Below are positions 1 through 7,085 of a stretch of 12,475 nucleotides of DNA, piece by piece. The DNA comes from a virus (Duplodnaviria; Heunggongvirae; Uroviricota; Caudoviricetes), in IMG/VR virus record IMGVR_UViG_2923286960_000002. One strand, 5' to 3'. The notes beneath the pieces were generated by a model, which had not been told where the DNA came from, searched no databases, and was given only the letters and a program-made list of their open reading frames with translations. Both the position numbers and the translations under genes were made by a program. The number at the start of each line of letters is the position of its first letter. The first letter of the stretch is position 1.

Positions 1-1230
1 ATGAGCAGAGCACTTAACAAACTGAGCGATACACAGCTGAGGAAAATCAACGGCACACCCGCCCAAAAAACAGCCTTTCTTAATGACGGTGGAAACCTGA
101 GCGTCAGGCATTCAACCAGCGGCCTTTTAACCTGGTATTTCACCTACAGGGCCGGAACGGGAAGGGGAGCACGACCGGAACGGATTAAGCTGGGAAATTA
201 TCCTGATCTGAGTCTGAAAGCTGCCAGGGAAAAAGCGGCACAGTGTCGCGCTTGGCTTGCTGAGGGGAAAAATCCACGTCATGAGATGAATTACACCGTA
301 CAGAAAGCGTTAAAGCCCGTAACGGTTGGCGATGCGCTTACCTACTGGCTTGAGTCTTACGTAAAGGAAAACCGCGTGGATTATGCCGCCCTGAAAAAGC
401 GCCTTAATAATCACGTAATACAGCACATTGGTGCTATGCCGCTGGATAAATGCGAGCTACGGCACTGGCTGGCCTGTTTTGACCAGGTGGCAAAGCGAAC
501 GCCTGTTACTGCCGGATTCTTGCTACAGACGTGCAAACAGGCGCTTAAGTTCTGCCGGAGGCGGCGCTATGCAATCAGCAACGTTCTTGATGATATGAGT
601 GTGGCAGACGTTGGGAAAAAACCGGATATAAGCGAGCGTGTCTTAAGCACCAAAGAACTTGGCGAATTATTGCAGGCACTGGACAAAAAAATATTTTCCC
701 CTTACTACGTCGCACTAATCCGCCTCCTGATTGTTTTCGGATGCCGGACGGTAGAACTGAGGTTATCGGAGATCAGCGAGTGGGATTTTACCGAAATGCT
801 CTGGACCGTGCCGAAAGAACACAGCAAAACGAAGGTGGCAATATTCCGGCCCATACCGGAAGCAATACTGCCGTTCGTCACGCAGCTGGTGGAGCAGAAC
901 AGGCACACGGGCTTATTGCTGGGGGAAGTGAAACAGGAAACAAGCGTGTCGCAGTACGGTAGATTAGCGCACAGGAGGCTAAAACACCCTCACTGGTCAC
1001 TGCATGACATCCGGCGCACCTTTACAACGATGCTGAACGATTTAGGCGTGGATCCTCACGTCGTGGAGCAGCTTACAGGTCATCAGATGCCAGGGATGCA
1101 ACGAGTCTATAACCATTCCCGTTATCTGGATGCGAAACGTGACGCGCTGGATATGTGGACGGAGCGGTTAGGGATACTGGCGGGAACACATGAAAACGTA
1201 ACCACATTGCCAATAGCCAGAGAAATATAA
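1..1230 (+). CDS. int: Tyrosine recombinase/integrase, P4 (CP4-57 IntA-like) family
   Basis: 409 aa ORF; C-terminal catalytic region HDIRRTFTTML...LTGHQ...RVYNHSRY matches the R/H-x-x-R/H/Y pattern of P4-type integrases; N-terminal arm-binding-like region. Window starts at its ATG. Confidence 0.93.
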   Translation: MSRALNKLSDTQLRKINGTPAQKTAFLNDGGNLSVRHSTSGLLTWYFTYRAGTGRGARPERIKLGNYPDLSLKAAREKAAQCRAWLAEGKNPRHEMNYTVQKALKPVTVGDALTYWLESYVKENRVDYAALKKRLNNHVIQHIGAMPLDKCELRHWLACFDQVAKRTPVTAGFLLQTCKQALKFCRRRRYAISNVLDDMSVADVGKKPDISERVLSTKELGELLQALDKKIFSPYYVALIRLLIVFGCRTVELRLSEISEWDFTEMLWTVPKEHSKTKVAIFRPIPEAILPFVTQLVEQNRHTGLLLGEVKQETSVSQYGRLAHRRLKHPHWSLHDIRRTFTTMLNDLGVDPHVVEQLTGHQMPGMQRVYNHSRYLDAKRDALDMWTERLGILAGTHENVTTLPIAREI

Positions 1231-1253
1231 TTTTTTTTGCGATTTTTCAGGAT

Positions 1254-1313
1254 GCGGACAACGTGAAACAACGAGACACAACGACGAACAACAAGGAACA
1301 AAATGGAACAACG
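1254..1313. repeat. Six tandem 10-bp units with ACAAC(G) core, one helical turn apart
   Basis: ggacaACG tgaaACAACG agacACAACG acgaACAACA aggaACAAAA tggaACAACG, directly after the int stop codon. Confidence 0.6.
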
Positions 1314-1595
1314 GGTTAAAAATCAGCCATCGTAATAACCATTTGATTTTTATAGGTGTACTGTTTTTTTATACACTGGCGAATCACTCTTAAAAATATG
1401 TAAAAAAGGCGTAAAAGTAAAATTTTATGCCTTTGCATCATAATGAATTAAAAGAGTTTTTATTCTCATTCCCCCTGCTTCTGTAAAACGACCGCCGCCA
1501 GTGTTTGCCATTCCACAAACACCCTGACACAATCCGACACAACCCAACCCAATAATCCACCCAATGACTCTTTAAGAAACAACAAAGGGGGAATT

Positions 1596-1784
1596 GTGTT
1601 AAGCACAGATCGCTTTATACGTGAAAAAGAATGTCAGCAACTTACAGGCCTGAGCCGCTCATGTCGGTACCGCCTGGAAAAAGCCGGACAATTCCCATCA
1701 CGGCGTAAGCTGGGCGGTCGTTCCGTTGGCTGGTCTTTATCCGAAGTTCTGGCATGGAAGGACAGCTGCGAGGCAGTTCACTAA
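1596..1784 (+). CDS. alpA: AlpA-family (excisionase-like) HTH regulator
   Basis: 62 aa, GTG start preceded by AAAGGGGG SD; motif LTGLSRSCRYRLEKAGQFP...KLGGRSVGW typical of the prophage AlpA/Xis-like family; sits just downstream of int as in CP4-57/PICI layouts. Confidence 0.85.
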   Translation: MLSTDRFIREKECQQLTGLSRSCRYRLEKAGQFPSRRKLGGRSVGWSLSEVLAWKDSCEAVH

Positions 1785-1836
1785 TCAGGCTGGCGGCACA
1801 CAGCCGCCACCCATCCACTAATACAGAGATCTAACC

Positions 1837-3129
1837 ATGAATACTGGATATTCTCCCGAACAAGGGCGGGGCTTCGTTCGTCCTGAAAAACAGAATCTGC
1901 AAAATTTTGCCGAAAGTATTCCGGTTATTTCCGGCCTTACTGGCGGGAGTGAAACCAATATTGTTAACGCCAGAGCGTTGCAGATGTTTGATGATAAAAA
2001 GGGAGTAAATTTAACTTACACCCCTGACGGCAATCAGAATATGAGCATTATCTCTGAGTCAGGTTTCTACAAACTAATAAAAACAAAAAGCGCCCCGTTG
2101 CCGGAGCGCCTTTGTGAACAATTAACCTACTGCGCAAAAAATGAATCTGAGCAGTGGGATTATATCAACCATGTGGAGAAGCGCCACAATTGCCGAATAA
2201 CGGGCAAAACAAAGGCCACCCGCTACGGTGGCCCCTCGACACAAGCTACACGTTATCCCCAACGCATGAGCATTGCCAACAATGCCACATTTGCGGCTGG
2301 TGGGCAATGCAATCAGTCTGGTTCAGTTCGTTGCCATACCTGCAATGAGCGCTTTTCCCTGTACTCTTTAAGGAATTGCTCAAGGGCAAAAGCACATGGC
2401 GCGAATCTTTCTGATTCATGCTCTATCTTTCTGCGCCGTCTTTTCCGTGCCGGTGATAATGTTTTGGTCAATTCTTTATCGGTCATTGTGTTGTCCTGCA
2501 TAGCAATGCGCCGTAATACCTTACACCACGGCGCTGATGGTGATTACTCTGGTTCTTTGGCCTTGCGGCGCTGGCGATATTCAACTTCTCGTTTTAATGC
2601 CGCAGTAACAAATTGCCCCGTACTTTCGCCAGGCATTTTTACCGCCTCAACATTGTTCATAACTTCATGCGGAACCCTTGCCGCAACGGTTTGTGATTTT
2701 GCGTTTACTGCTTTTGTCGCCATGTGGTGTACCCCTCATAAAAAACAAATGCAGTATGCAGGAAAAAAAATAAGTGTTCAACACTTGACGTGTTTAACAC
2801 CTGGGTTTAAATTGGTGTTCAACACCTTGTTGGCGCAAGGTGCAGAAACGACGAAACCCGGCAGTGCGCTAACACTAACCGGGCTTCTAACCACCAACGA
2901 TAGCGAAAGTATCGAGGTAGCTATGCGAAATCATACCACACACCCGCAAGGGCGGGACTCGCACAACCTGAATAAATACATCTGGCGTTTTATCGCCCTG
3001 AGCACGGCACAACCGCGCGTGATTACCATTGAGGCCACCAGCGAACAGGAAGCACGCCAGCAATCTCCGGCTGGCTGCGTGATGGTATTCGCTGCCCGTA
3101 TTCGTCAGGAGGTGTGCCATGTGCAATAA
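1837..3129 (+). CDS. Bro-N-like domain ORF (antirepressor-like N-terminus); 3' two-thirds of the frame doubtful, possibly degraded
   Basis: N-terminal ~110 aa resemble the Bro-N domain (NLQNF..., DDKKGV..TPDGNQNMSIISESGFYKLIKTKSAP). From about aa 120 the frame is Cys/Ser/Thr/Arg-rich and poor in Asp/Glu/Lys, and it is antisense to a well-supported RHH gene. No clear SD before the ATG. Confidence 0.4.
   Translation: MNTGYSPEQGRGFVRPEKQNLQNFAESIPVISGLTGGSETNIVNARALQMFDDKKGVNLTYTPDGNQNMSIISESGFYKLIKTKSAPLPERLCEQLTYCAKNESEQWDYINHVEKRHNCRITGKTKATRYGGPSTQATRYPQRMSIANNATFAAGGQCNQSGSVRCHTCNERFSLYSLRNCSRAKAHGANLSDSCSIFLRRLFRAGDNVLVNSLSVIVLSCIAMRRNTLHHGADGDYSGSLALRRWRYSTSRFNAAVTNCPVLSPGIFTASTLFITSCGTLAATVCDFAFTAFVAMWCTPHKKQMQYAGKKISVQHLTCLTPGFKLVFNTLLAQGAETTKPGSALTLTGLLTTNDSESIEVAMRNHTTHPQGRDSHNLNKYIWRFIALSTAQPRVITIEATSEQEARQQSPAGCVMVFAARIRQEVCHVQ
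2313..2501 (-). CDS. Hypothetical small basic protein, second gene of the leftward RHH operon
   Basis: 62 aa, highly charged (KRRRRK), 42 nt downstream of the RHH gene on the same strand; no recognisable fold by eye. Confidence 0.3.
   Translation of the reverse strand: MQDNTMTDKELTKTLSPARKRRRRKIEHESERFAPCAFALEQFLKEYREKRSLQVWQRTEPD
2544..2723 (-). CDS. Ribbon-helix-helix (Arc/CopG/MetJ-like) DNA-binding protein, putative island repressor
   Basis: 59 aa ORF below the track's length cutoff: MATKAVNAKSQTVAARVPHEVMNNVEAVKMPGESTGQFVTAALKREVEYRQRRKAKEPE. Beta-strand/helix/G-x-S-T helix pattern of RHH proteins; GAGGGG SD ~9 nt upstream of ATG; three palindromic operators immediately upstream. Confidence 0.55.
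   Translation of the reverse strand: MATKAVNAKSQTVAARVPHEVMNNVEAVKMPGESTGQFVTAALKREVEYRQRRKAKEPE
2753..2826. promoter_or_regulatory. Divergent promoter/operator switch with three GTGTT-N-AACAC palindromes
   Basis: O1 2774-2784 gtgttcaacac, O2 2790-2800 gtgtttaacac, O3 2815-2825 gtgttcaacac. Rightward promoter TTGACG (2785-2790), 17 nt spacer, TAAATT (2808-2813). Leftward promoter TTGAAC (complement of 2776-2781), 17 nt, CATACT (complement of 2753-2758). O1 overlaps the leftward -35, O2 lies in the rightward spacer, O3 just after the rightward -10. Confidence 0.55.
2923..3129 (+). CDS. Hypothetical 68 aa protein; alternative first gene of the rightward operon (same frame as the 3' end of the 1837 ORF)
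   Basis: ATG at 2923 preceded by GAGGT; lies ~100 nt downstream of the rightward promoter; its stop overlaps the next start (ATGTGCAATAA). Confidence 0.3.
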   Translation: MRNHTTHPQGRDSHNLNKYIWRFIALSTAQPRVITIEATSEQEARQQSPAGCVMVFAARIRQEVCHVQ

Positions 3130-3358
3130 CATCCGTCCGGACGCAGCCGCCGAAGCCATCATAACGCTAATGCACGCGCTGATTGATATTTCTGTTATCG
3201 CAGACATGGCGCATAAGCACGCCACCAGTGAAACAGAATATGCCGGGGCTTTCGTTCCTCATTCGCTGGCGGTTATGCAACTTAGTGCGGATATGGCGCT
3301 GAATGAGGCCAAAGCCATCCTGATTGCTGATTGTGAAAATGGGGGGGGTTATGCGTGA
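3119..3358 (+). CDS. Hypothetical protein (79 aa)
   Basis: ORF translationally coupled to its neighbours; acidic, helical-looking composition; no recognisable family by eye. Confidence 0.5.
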   Translation: MCNNIRPDAAAEAIITLMHALIDISVIADMAHKHATSETEYAGAFVPHSLAVMQLSADMALNEAKAILIADCENGGGYA

Positions 3359-3584
3359 TGATCGTTTTAATTCCCTGAAACAGGAATTTTCCGGCGTTCC
3401 TGATGATGCGGCTGATGCGCTTTCGTCAATGCCAGAACTTATTAGAGCGGCTTTTTTCTTACTTTCCACGAGAGAATATAAATCAACGGGGCTTGATGTA
3501 CTGAATATCGCCGCCGATTATGCGGAATATGTGGCAGAGGCGCGTTACAGAAGAAAATTTCCTGAGGATGTAAGCCATGCGTGA
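3351..3584 (+). CDS. Hypothetical protein (77 aa; start chosen at the ATG behind a G-rich SD)
   Basis: Track ORF begins at 3324, but GGGGGGG at 3341-3347 precedes the ATG at 3351; start overlaps the upstream stop (ATGcgTGA). Confidence 0.5.
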   Translation: MRDDRFNSLKQEFSGVPDDAADALSSMPELIRAAFFLLSTREYKSTGLDVLNIAADYAEYVAEARYRRKFPEDVSHA

Positions 3585-3810
3585 TATTTACCACGAAACA
3601 ATAGACCGCGCATTTCTTGCACTTTCTCACAGTGAAAACATGCTGGAAATATTGCGCATATGGCTTGAAACACTTGGCGACAATGAACGCGACAAACAAA
3701 AATCAAGAATTGCCACGGCATTAATAACGCTTCTTGAGCCTGTAATAATGGAACTGCAAGAAATAGATCTATTGCACGACAGATATAAAGAACAGCACAC
3801 CGGAGAATAA
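3577..3810 (+). CDS. Hypothetical protein (77 aa)
   Basis: Start overlaps the stop of the upstream gene (ATGcgTGA at 3577-3584); protein-like composition. Confidence 0.5.
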   Translation: MRDIYHETIDRAFLALSHSENMLEILRIWLETLGDNERDKQKSRIATALITLLEPVIMELQEIDLLHDRYKEQHTGE

Positions 3811-3815
3811 AAATA

Positions 3816-4115
3816 ATGAAACTTAAATATTCTGGCTTAACTGCCAGTGGCAACACTCACCCTAAATTTACGCGCGGTGATATTTACCGCGACCAGTACG
3901 GCGGCACGGTAATGATTAAGGGCGTGGAAGAACGGCGTGTAACCTACCGCCGTGAAGGTTACGAATATGATTGCGTGATGCCTGTTTATCAGTTCCGGCG
4001 TGATTTTTCTCTGGTACAGACCGCGCCGCATAACGTGCCCACCAGCAACGCCAGGGCACGGGCAAACATCCAGAAGCTGAAAACCATGATTAACGGATTC
4101 AGGGGTAAAAAATGA
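3816..4115 (+). CDS. Hypothetical protein (99 aa), possibly a conserved enterobacterial prophage small protein
   Basis: Motif GDIYRDQYGGTVMIKGVEERRVTYRREGYEYDC; stop overlaps the start of the replication gene (ATGA at 4112-4115). Confidence 0.5.
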   Translation: MKLKYSGLTASGNTHPKFTRGDIYRDQYGGTVMIKGVEERRVTYRREGYEYDCVMPVYQFRRDFSLVQTAPHNVPTSNARARANIQKLKTMINGFRGKK

Positions 4116-5866
4116 AACTGGCACCGAACGTAAAACAGCAGTCACGCGGCATAAAACACAAAGGAACAGAAGTCATTATTTTTGCGGGTAGTGATGCCTG
4201 GGCACACGCGAAACAATGGCAGGAACATGATGCGCGTATGGCCGGAGATAATGAGCCTCCTGTGTGGCTTGGGGAGCAGCAGTTATCAGAACTGGATAAG
4301 CTGCAAATTGTGCCGGAAGGCAGAAAATCCGTGCGCATATTCAGGGCCGGATATCTTGCGCCAGTAATGATAAAGGCGATTGGCCAGAAGCTGGCGGCGG
4401 CAGGCGTACAGGATGCAAATTTTTACCCTGATGGTATGCACGGTCAGAAGGTGGAGAACTGGCGCGAATATCTGGCCCGTGAGCGCCAGAATCTTTCTGA
4501 TGGTCTGGTCATTGAGCTTCCGGTAAAGCAAAAGGCGCAACTTTCGCAGATGGCGGACAGTGAGCGCGCGCAGCTGCTTGCCGATCGCTTTGATGGCGTT
4601 TGCGTACATCCTGAAAGTGAAATCGTTCACGTATGGCGCGGCGGGGTATGGTGTCCGGTCAGCACAATGGAGCTTAGCCGCGAAATGGTGGCGATCTATT
4701 CAGAGCACAGGGCCACTTTCAGCAAGCGCGTAATCAATAACGCCGTGGAAGCGTTAAAAGTTATTGCCGAACCAATGGGCGAGCCGTCCGGCGATTTGCT
4801 GCCGTTCGCCAATGGTGCGCTTGACCTGAAAACGGGGGAATTTTCCCCGCACACGCCGGAGAACTGGATCACCACGCACAACGGCATTGAGTACACGCCA
4901 CCAGCACCCGGGGAGAACATCCGCGATAACGCGCCAAACTTTCATAAATGGCTTGAGCACGCAGCCGGAAAAGACCCGCGCAAGATGATGCGTATATGTG
5001 CCGCGCTGTACATGATTATGGCGAACCGGTACGACTGGCAGATGTTTATTGAGGCCACCGGAGACGGCGGGAGCGGTAAAAGTACATTCACACACATAGC
5101 CAGCCTTCTGGCAGGGAAACAGAACACGGTAAGCGCTGAAATGACATCGCTTGATGATGCTGGTGGACGTGCGCAGGTTGTCGGGAGTCGTCTTATCGTC
5201 CTGGCTGACCAGCCGAAATATACAGGCGAAGGAACGGGCATCAAGAAAATCACAGGCGGCGACCCCGTGGAAGTTAACCCGAAATATGAAAAGCGTTTCA
5301 CGGCGGTAATCAGGGCGGTGGTGCTGGCGACCAACAACAACCCGATGATATTCACCGAACGGGCCGGAGGTGTGGCACGTCGTCGCGTGATTTTCCGTTT
5401 CGACAATATCGTCAGTGAGGCCGACAAAGACAGGGAGCTACCGGAAAAGATTGCGGCTGAAATCCCTGTGATTATCCGCCGATTACTGGCGAACTTTTCC
5501 GCCCCTGAAAAGGCACGGGCTTTACTCATTGAACAGCGTGACGGTGATGAAGCACTGGCGATAAAGCAGCAAACGGATCCGGTTATTGAGTTTTGCCAGT
5601 TCCTGAATTTTCTGGAGGAAGCGCGCGGCCTGATGATGGGGGGCGGTGGCGATTCAGTGAAGTACACGACCAGGAACAGCCTTTACCGCGTCTATCTGGC
5701 GTTTATGGCATACGCAGGCAGGAGCAAACCGCTAAACGTAAATGACTTTGGCAAGGCTATGAAGCCAGCCGCGAAAGTTTACGGACATGAATATATTACG
5801 CGGAAAGTTAAGGGAGTAACGCAGACTAACGCAATAACAACAGACGATTGCGACGCGTTTTTATAA
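4112..5866 (+). CDS. Replication initiator/helicase, P4 alpha C-terminal-like (D5_N + SF3 helicase); PICI Pri-Rep-like
   Basis: 584 aa; Walker A GDGGSGKST near aa 315 followed by a hydrophobic strand ending LIVLAD; overall resemblance to the phage/plasmid primase P4-family C-terminal domain. No TOPRIM or AEP primase motif recognised by eye in the N-terminal 300 aa. Confidence 0.88.
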   Translation: MKLAPNVKQQSRGIKHKGTEVIIFAGSDAWAHAKQWQEHDARMAGDNEPPVWLGEQQLSELDKLQIVPEGRKSVRIFRAGYLAPVMIKAIGQKLAAAGVQDANFYPDGMHGQKVENWREYLARERQNLSDGLVIELPVKQKAQLSQMADSERAQLLADRFDGVCVHPESEIVHVWRGGVWCPVSTMELSREMVAIYSEHRATFSKRVINNAVEALKVIAEPMGEPSGDLLPFANGALDLKTGEFSPHTPENWITTHNGIEYTPPAPGENIRDNAPNFHKWLEHAAGKDPRKMMRICAALYMIMANRYDWQMFIEATGDGGSGKSTFTHIASLLAGKQNTVSAEMTSLDDAGGRAQVVGSRLIVLADQPKYTGEGTGIKKITGGDPVEVNPKYEKRFTAVIRAVVLATNNNPMIFTERAGGVARRRVIFRFDNIVSEADKDRELPEKIAAEIPVIIRRLLANFSAPEKARALLIEQRDGDEALAIKQQTDPVIEFCQFLNFLEEARGLMMGGGGDSVKYTTRNSLYRVYLAFMAYAGRSKPLNVNDFGKAMKPAAKVYGHEYITRKVKGVTQTNAITTDDCDAFL

Positions 5867-5880
5867 TTTTTTGCAATGGC

Positions 5881-6104
5881 TGTCTACCCTGTCTACCTGA
5901 GTAAAGAAAAATACATTTAATTCAGTATATTAACTTAGGTAGACAGCCTTTTTTCACTGTCTACCTACTATCTACCCTCTCTACCTGATTTTACCTGAAT
6001 CAGACAGGGAGGTAGATACGGGGTAGATAGTGGATAAAAGCACTCTACCCCGCTGAAAGCCGCGCCATTACTGGCATGAGAGCCAGTAAGGTAGATAAGG
6101 TAGA
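5881..6104. repeat. Replication origin: about 11 iterons with TCTACC core in both orientations flanking an AT-rich spacer
   Basis: tgTCTACCc (5883), tgTCTACCt (5893), GGTAGAca (5939), TCTACC (5960, 5971, 5980), GGTAGA (6011, 6022), TCTACC (6044), GGTAGA (6090, 6099); AT-rich 5905-5935. Directly downstream of the replication gene, as in SaPI/PICI origins. Confidence 0.75.
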
Positions 6105-6154
6105 CAAGGGGAGGCACAACTCAAAACTTTTTAAACGAGGGGGTAAAAATAAAA

Positions 6155-6412
6155 ATGCGCACATCAGGAAAACTTAATAATCAGAAGAAGCAGCATAACC
6201 GCGCCATTGACCTTACAGAGCACTGGCTGAGAGTGGCGATAAAAATCATCGACCGCAACACGGGGGAAGGATACGCGAAAGCACATCCCGACCTGATAAG
6301 CGCATTCATGACCACGGCGGCGGCAAACTTTGCCACGCTGACAGAACGGGAGATTGCCGAAGCGGAACAGGTAACAACCATCAACGTTAAAACCGGAGAG
6401 GTGGAATCATGA
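6155..6412 (+). CDS. Hypothetical protein (85 aa)
   Basis: Strong SD GAGGGGG upstream; stop overlaps the SSB-like start (ATGA at 6409-6412). Confidence 0.5.
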   Translation: MRTSGKLNNQKKQHNRAIDLTEHWLRVAIKIIDRNTGEGYAKAHPDLISAFMTTAAANFATLTEREIAEAEQVTTINVKTGEVES

Positions 6413-6831
6413 CAGCACAGATAGCAGCTTACGGGCGGCTGGTGGACGACCCGCAGGTAAAACAGACCAGCAAGGGCACACCAATGACGCTGGCACGTAT
6501 GGCGGTCCCCCTTCCGTGCAGCCAGGCAGATGACGGAACGGCGACGATGTGGTTATCCGTCCTGGCATTTGGCAGACAGGCCGAAGCACTGGAAAGGCAC
6601 CGCAAGGGTGAACTCCTGAGCGTGGCGGGTAACATGCAGATCAGCCAGTGGACTGGGCAGAACTGAGAAACGCGGCAGGGCTGGCAGGTTATCGCAGACA
6701 GTGTAATCAGTGCGCGAACGGCGCGACTGGGCGGCAAAAAAGGTCAACAGGGCCAGGCTACTGACGCGCTGAACAGGGCAAAACAACAGGCGGGGAATGA
6801 TGATCCGTACGGGGATAACATACCGTTTTAA
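6409..6831 (+). pseudogene. ssb: SSB-like OB-fold protein interrupted by a single in-frame TGA (6664-6666); nonsense mutation, readthrough or sequencing error
   Basis: N-terminal 85 aa align to the SSB OB fold (YGRLVDDPQVKQTSKG...WLSVLAFGRQAEALERHRKGELLSVAGNMQISQWTGQN). The same frame continues after the TGA for 54 codons and ends in the SSB acidic tip ...DDPYGDNIPF. The TGA sits where SSB has a conserved Gly codon. Confidence 0.7.
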
Positions 6832-6846
6832 GCGACGAGTGACAGA

Positions 6847-6869
6847 AGCCGGAGCAATCCGGCTTTTTT
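6847..6869 (+). terminator. Rho-independent terminator
   Basis: Stem agccgga/tccggct, loop gcaa, followed by a T run. Confidence 0.6.
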
Positions 6870-6917
6870 ACGGGTCCTCCTGGCGGGGTGGGCCTGAACA
6901 CGGGGCGGGAGGCGCGG
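6869..6917 (+). other. Degenerate cos-like sequence, paralogous to the cos at 9311-9360
   Basis: tacgggtcctcctgg...acggggcgggaggcgcgg parallels tacgggtcctttccgg...acggggcggcgacctcgcgg, but the cohesive-end core is altered. Confidence 0.45.
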
Positions 6918-7044
6918 AAAAAAGCGCATTTTTGTGATTTTATCGTCATCATCATCATGAGCGTAATTTATTGTTTTTAATTGTTTTGATGCAAAAAAGA
7001 TGATGGTTATGGTTAATTTTTGTTCGACATCTTTGCAGGCAGAT

Positions 7045-7085
7045 AAAAAAGCCCGATAAGGTCAGAGGTGGCTTATCGGGCTTTT
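7045..7085. terminator. Bidirectional hairpin terminator
   Basis: Perfect 10-bp stem gcccgataag/cttatcgggc with 11-nt loop, A run upstream and T run downstream. Confidence 0.5.

Noticed and set aside
705-962. ORFs 705..908 (-) and 741..962 (+) inside the integrase gene
   Set aside because: Fully embedded in a well-supported integrase frame; low-complexity Ala/Gly/Arg-rich translations typical of off-frame artefacts.
2122-2348. ORFs 2122..2307 (-) and 2154..2348 (+)
   Set aside because: Cys/Leu-rich, no SD, no recognisable motif; overlap the Bro-N-like frame.
2887-3856. Minus-strand ORFs 2887..3225, 3167..3469, 3442..3699 and 3545..3856
   Set aside because: Antisense to a chain of translationally coupled plus-strand genes; compositions atypical (Cys/His/Phe-rich); no start signals.
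3837-5667. ORFs 3837..4145 (-), 4099..4338 (-), 4182..4367 (+), 4286..4630 (-), 4696..4920 (-), 4754..5095 (-) and 4942..5667 (-) within and around the replication gene
   Set aside because: Embedded in the 584-aa helicase ORF, which has clear Walker A motifs; the 241-aa antisense ORF is Ser/Arg/Pro/Cys-rich, consistent with an antisense frame of a real gene.
6181-6958. ORFs 6181..6384 (-), 6407..6589 (-), 6429..6737 (-), 6553..6786 (-) and 6758..6958 (-)
   Set aside because: Antisense to the 85-aa gene, the SSB-like gene and terminator/cos-like DNA; Cys/Pro/Ser-rich and without start signals.
7001-7060. 19-codon mini-ORF (MMVMVNF...) ending inside the 7045-7085 hairpin
   Set aside because: No SD, no convincing promoter; too short to support as a leader peptide from sequence alone.
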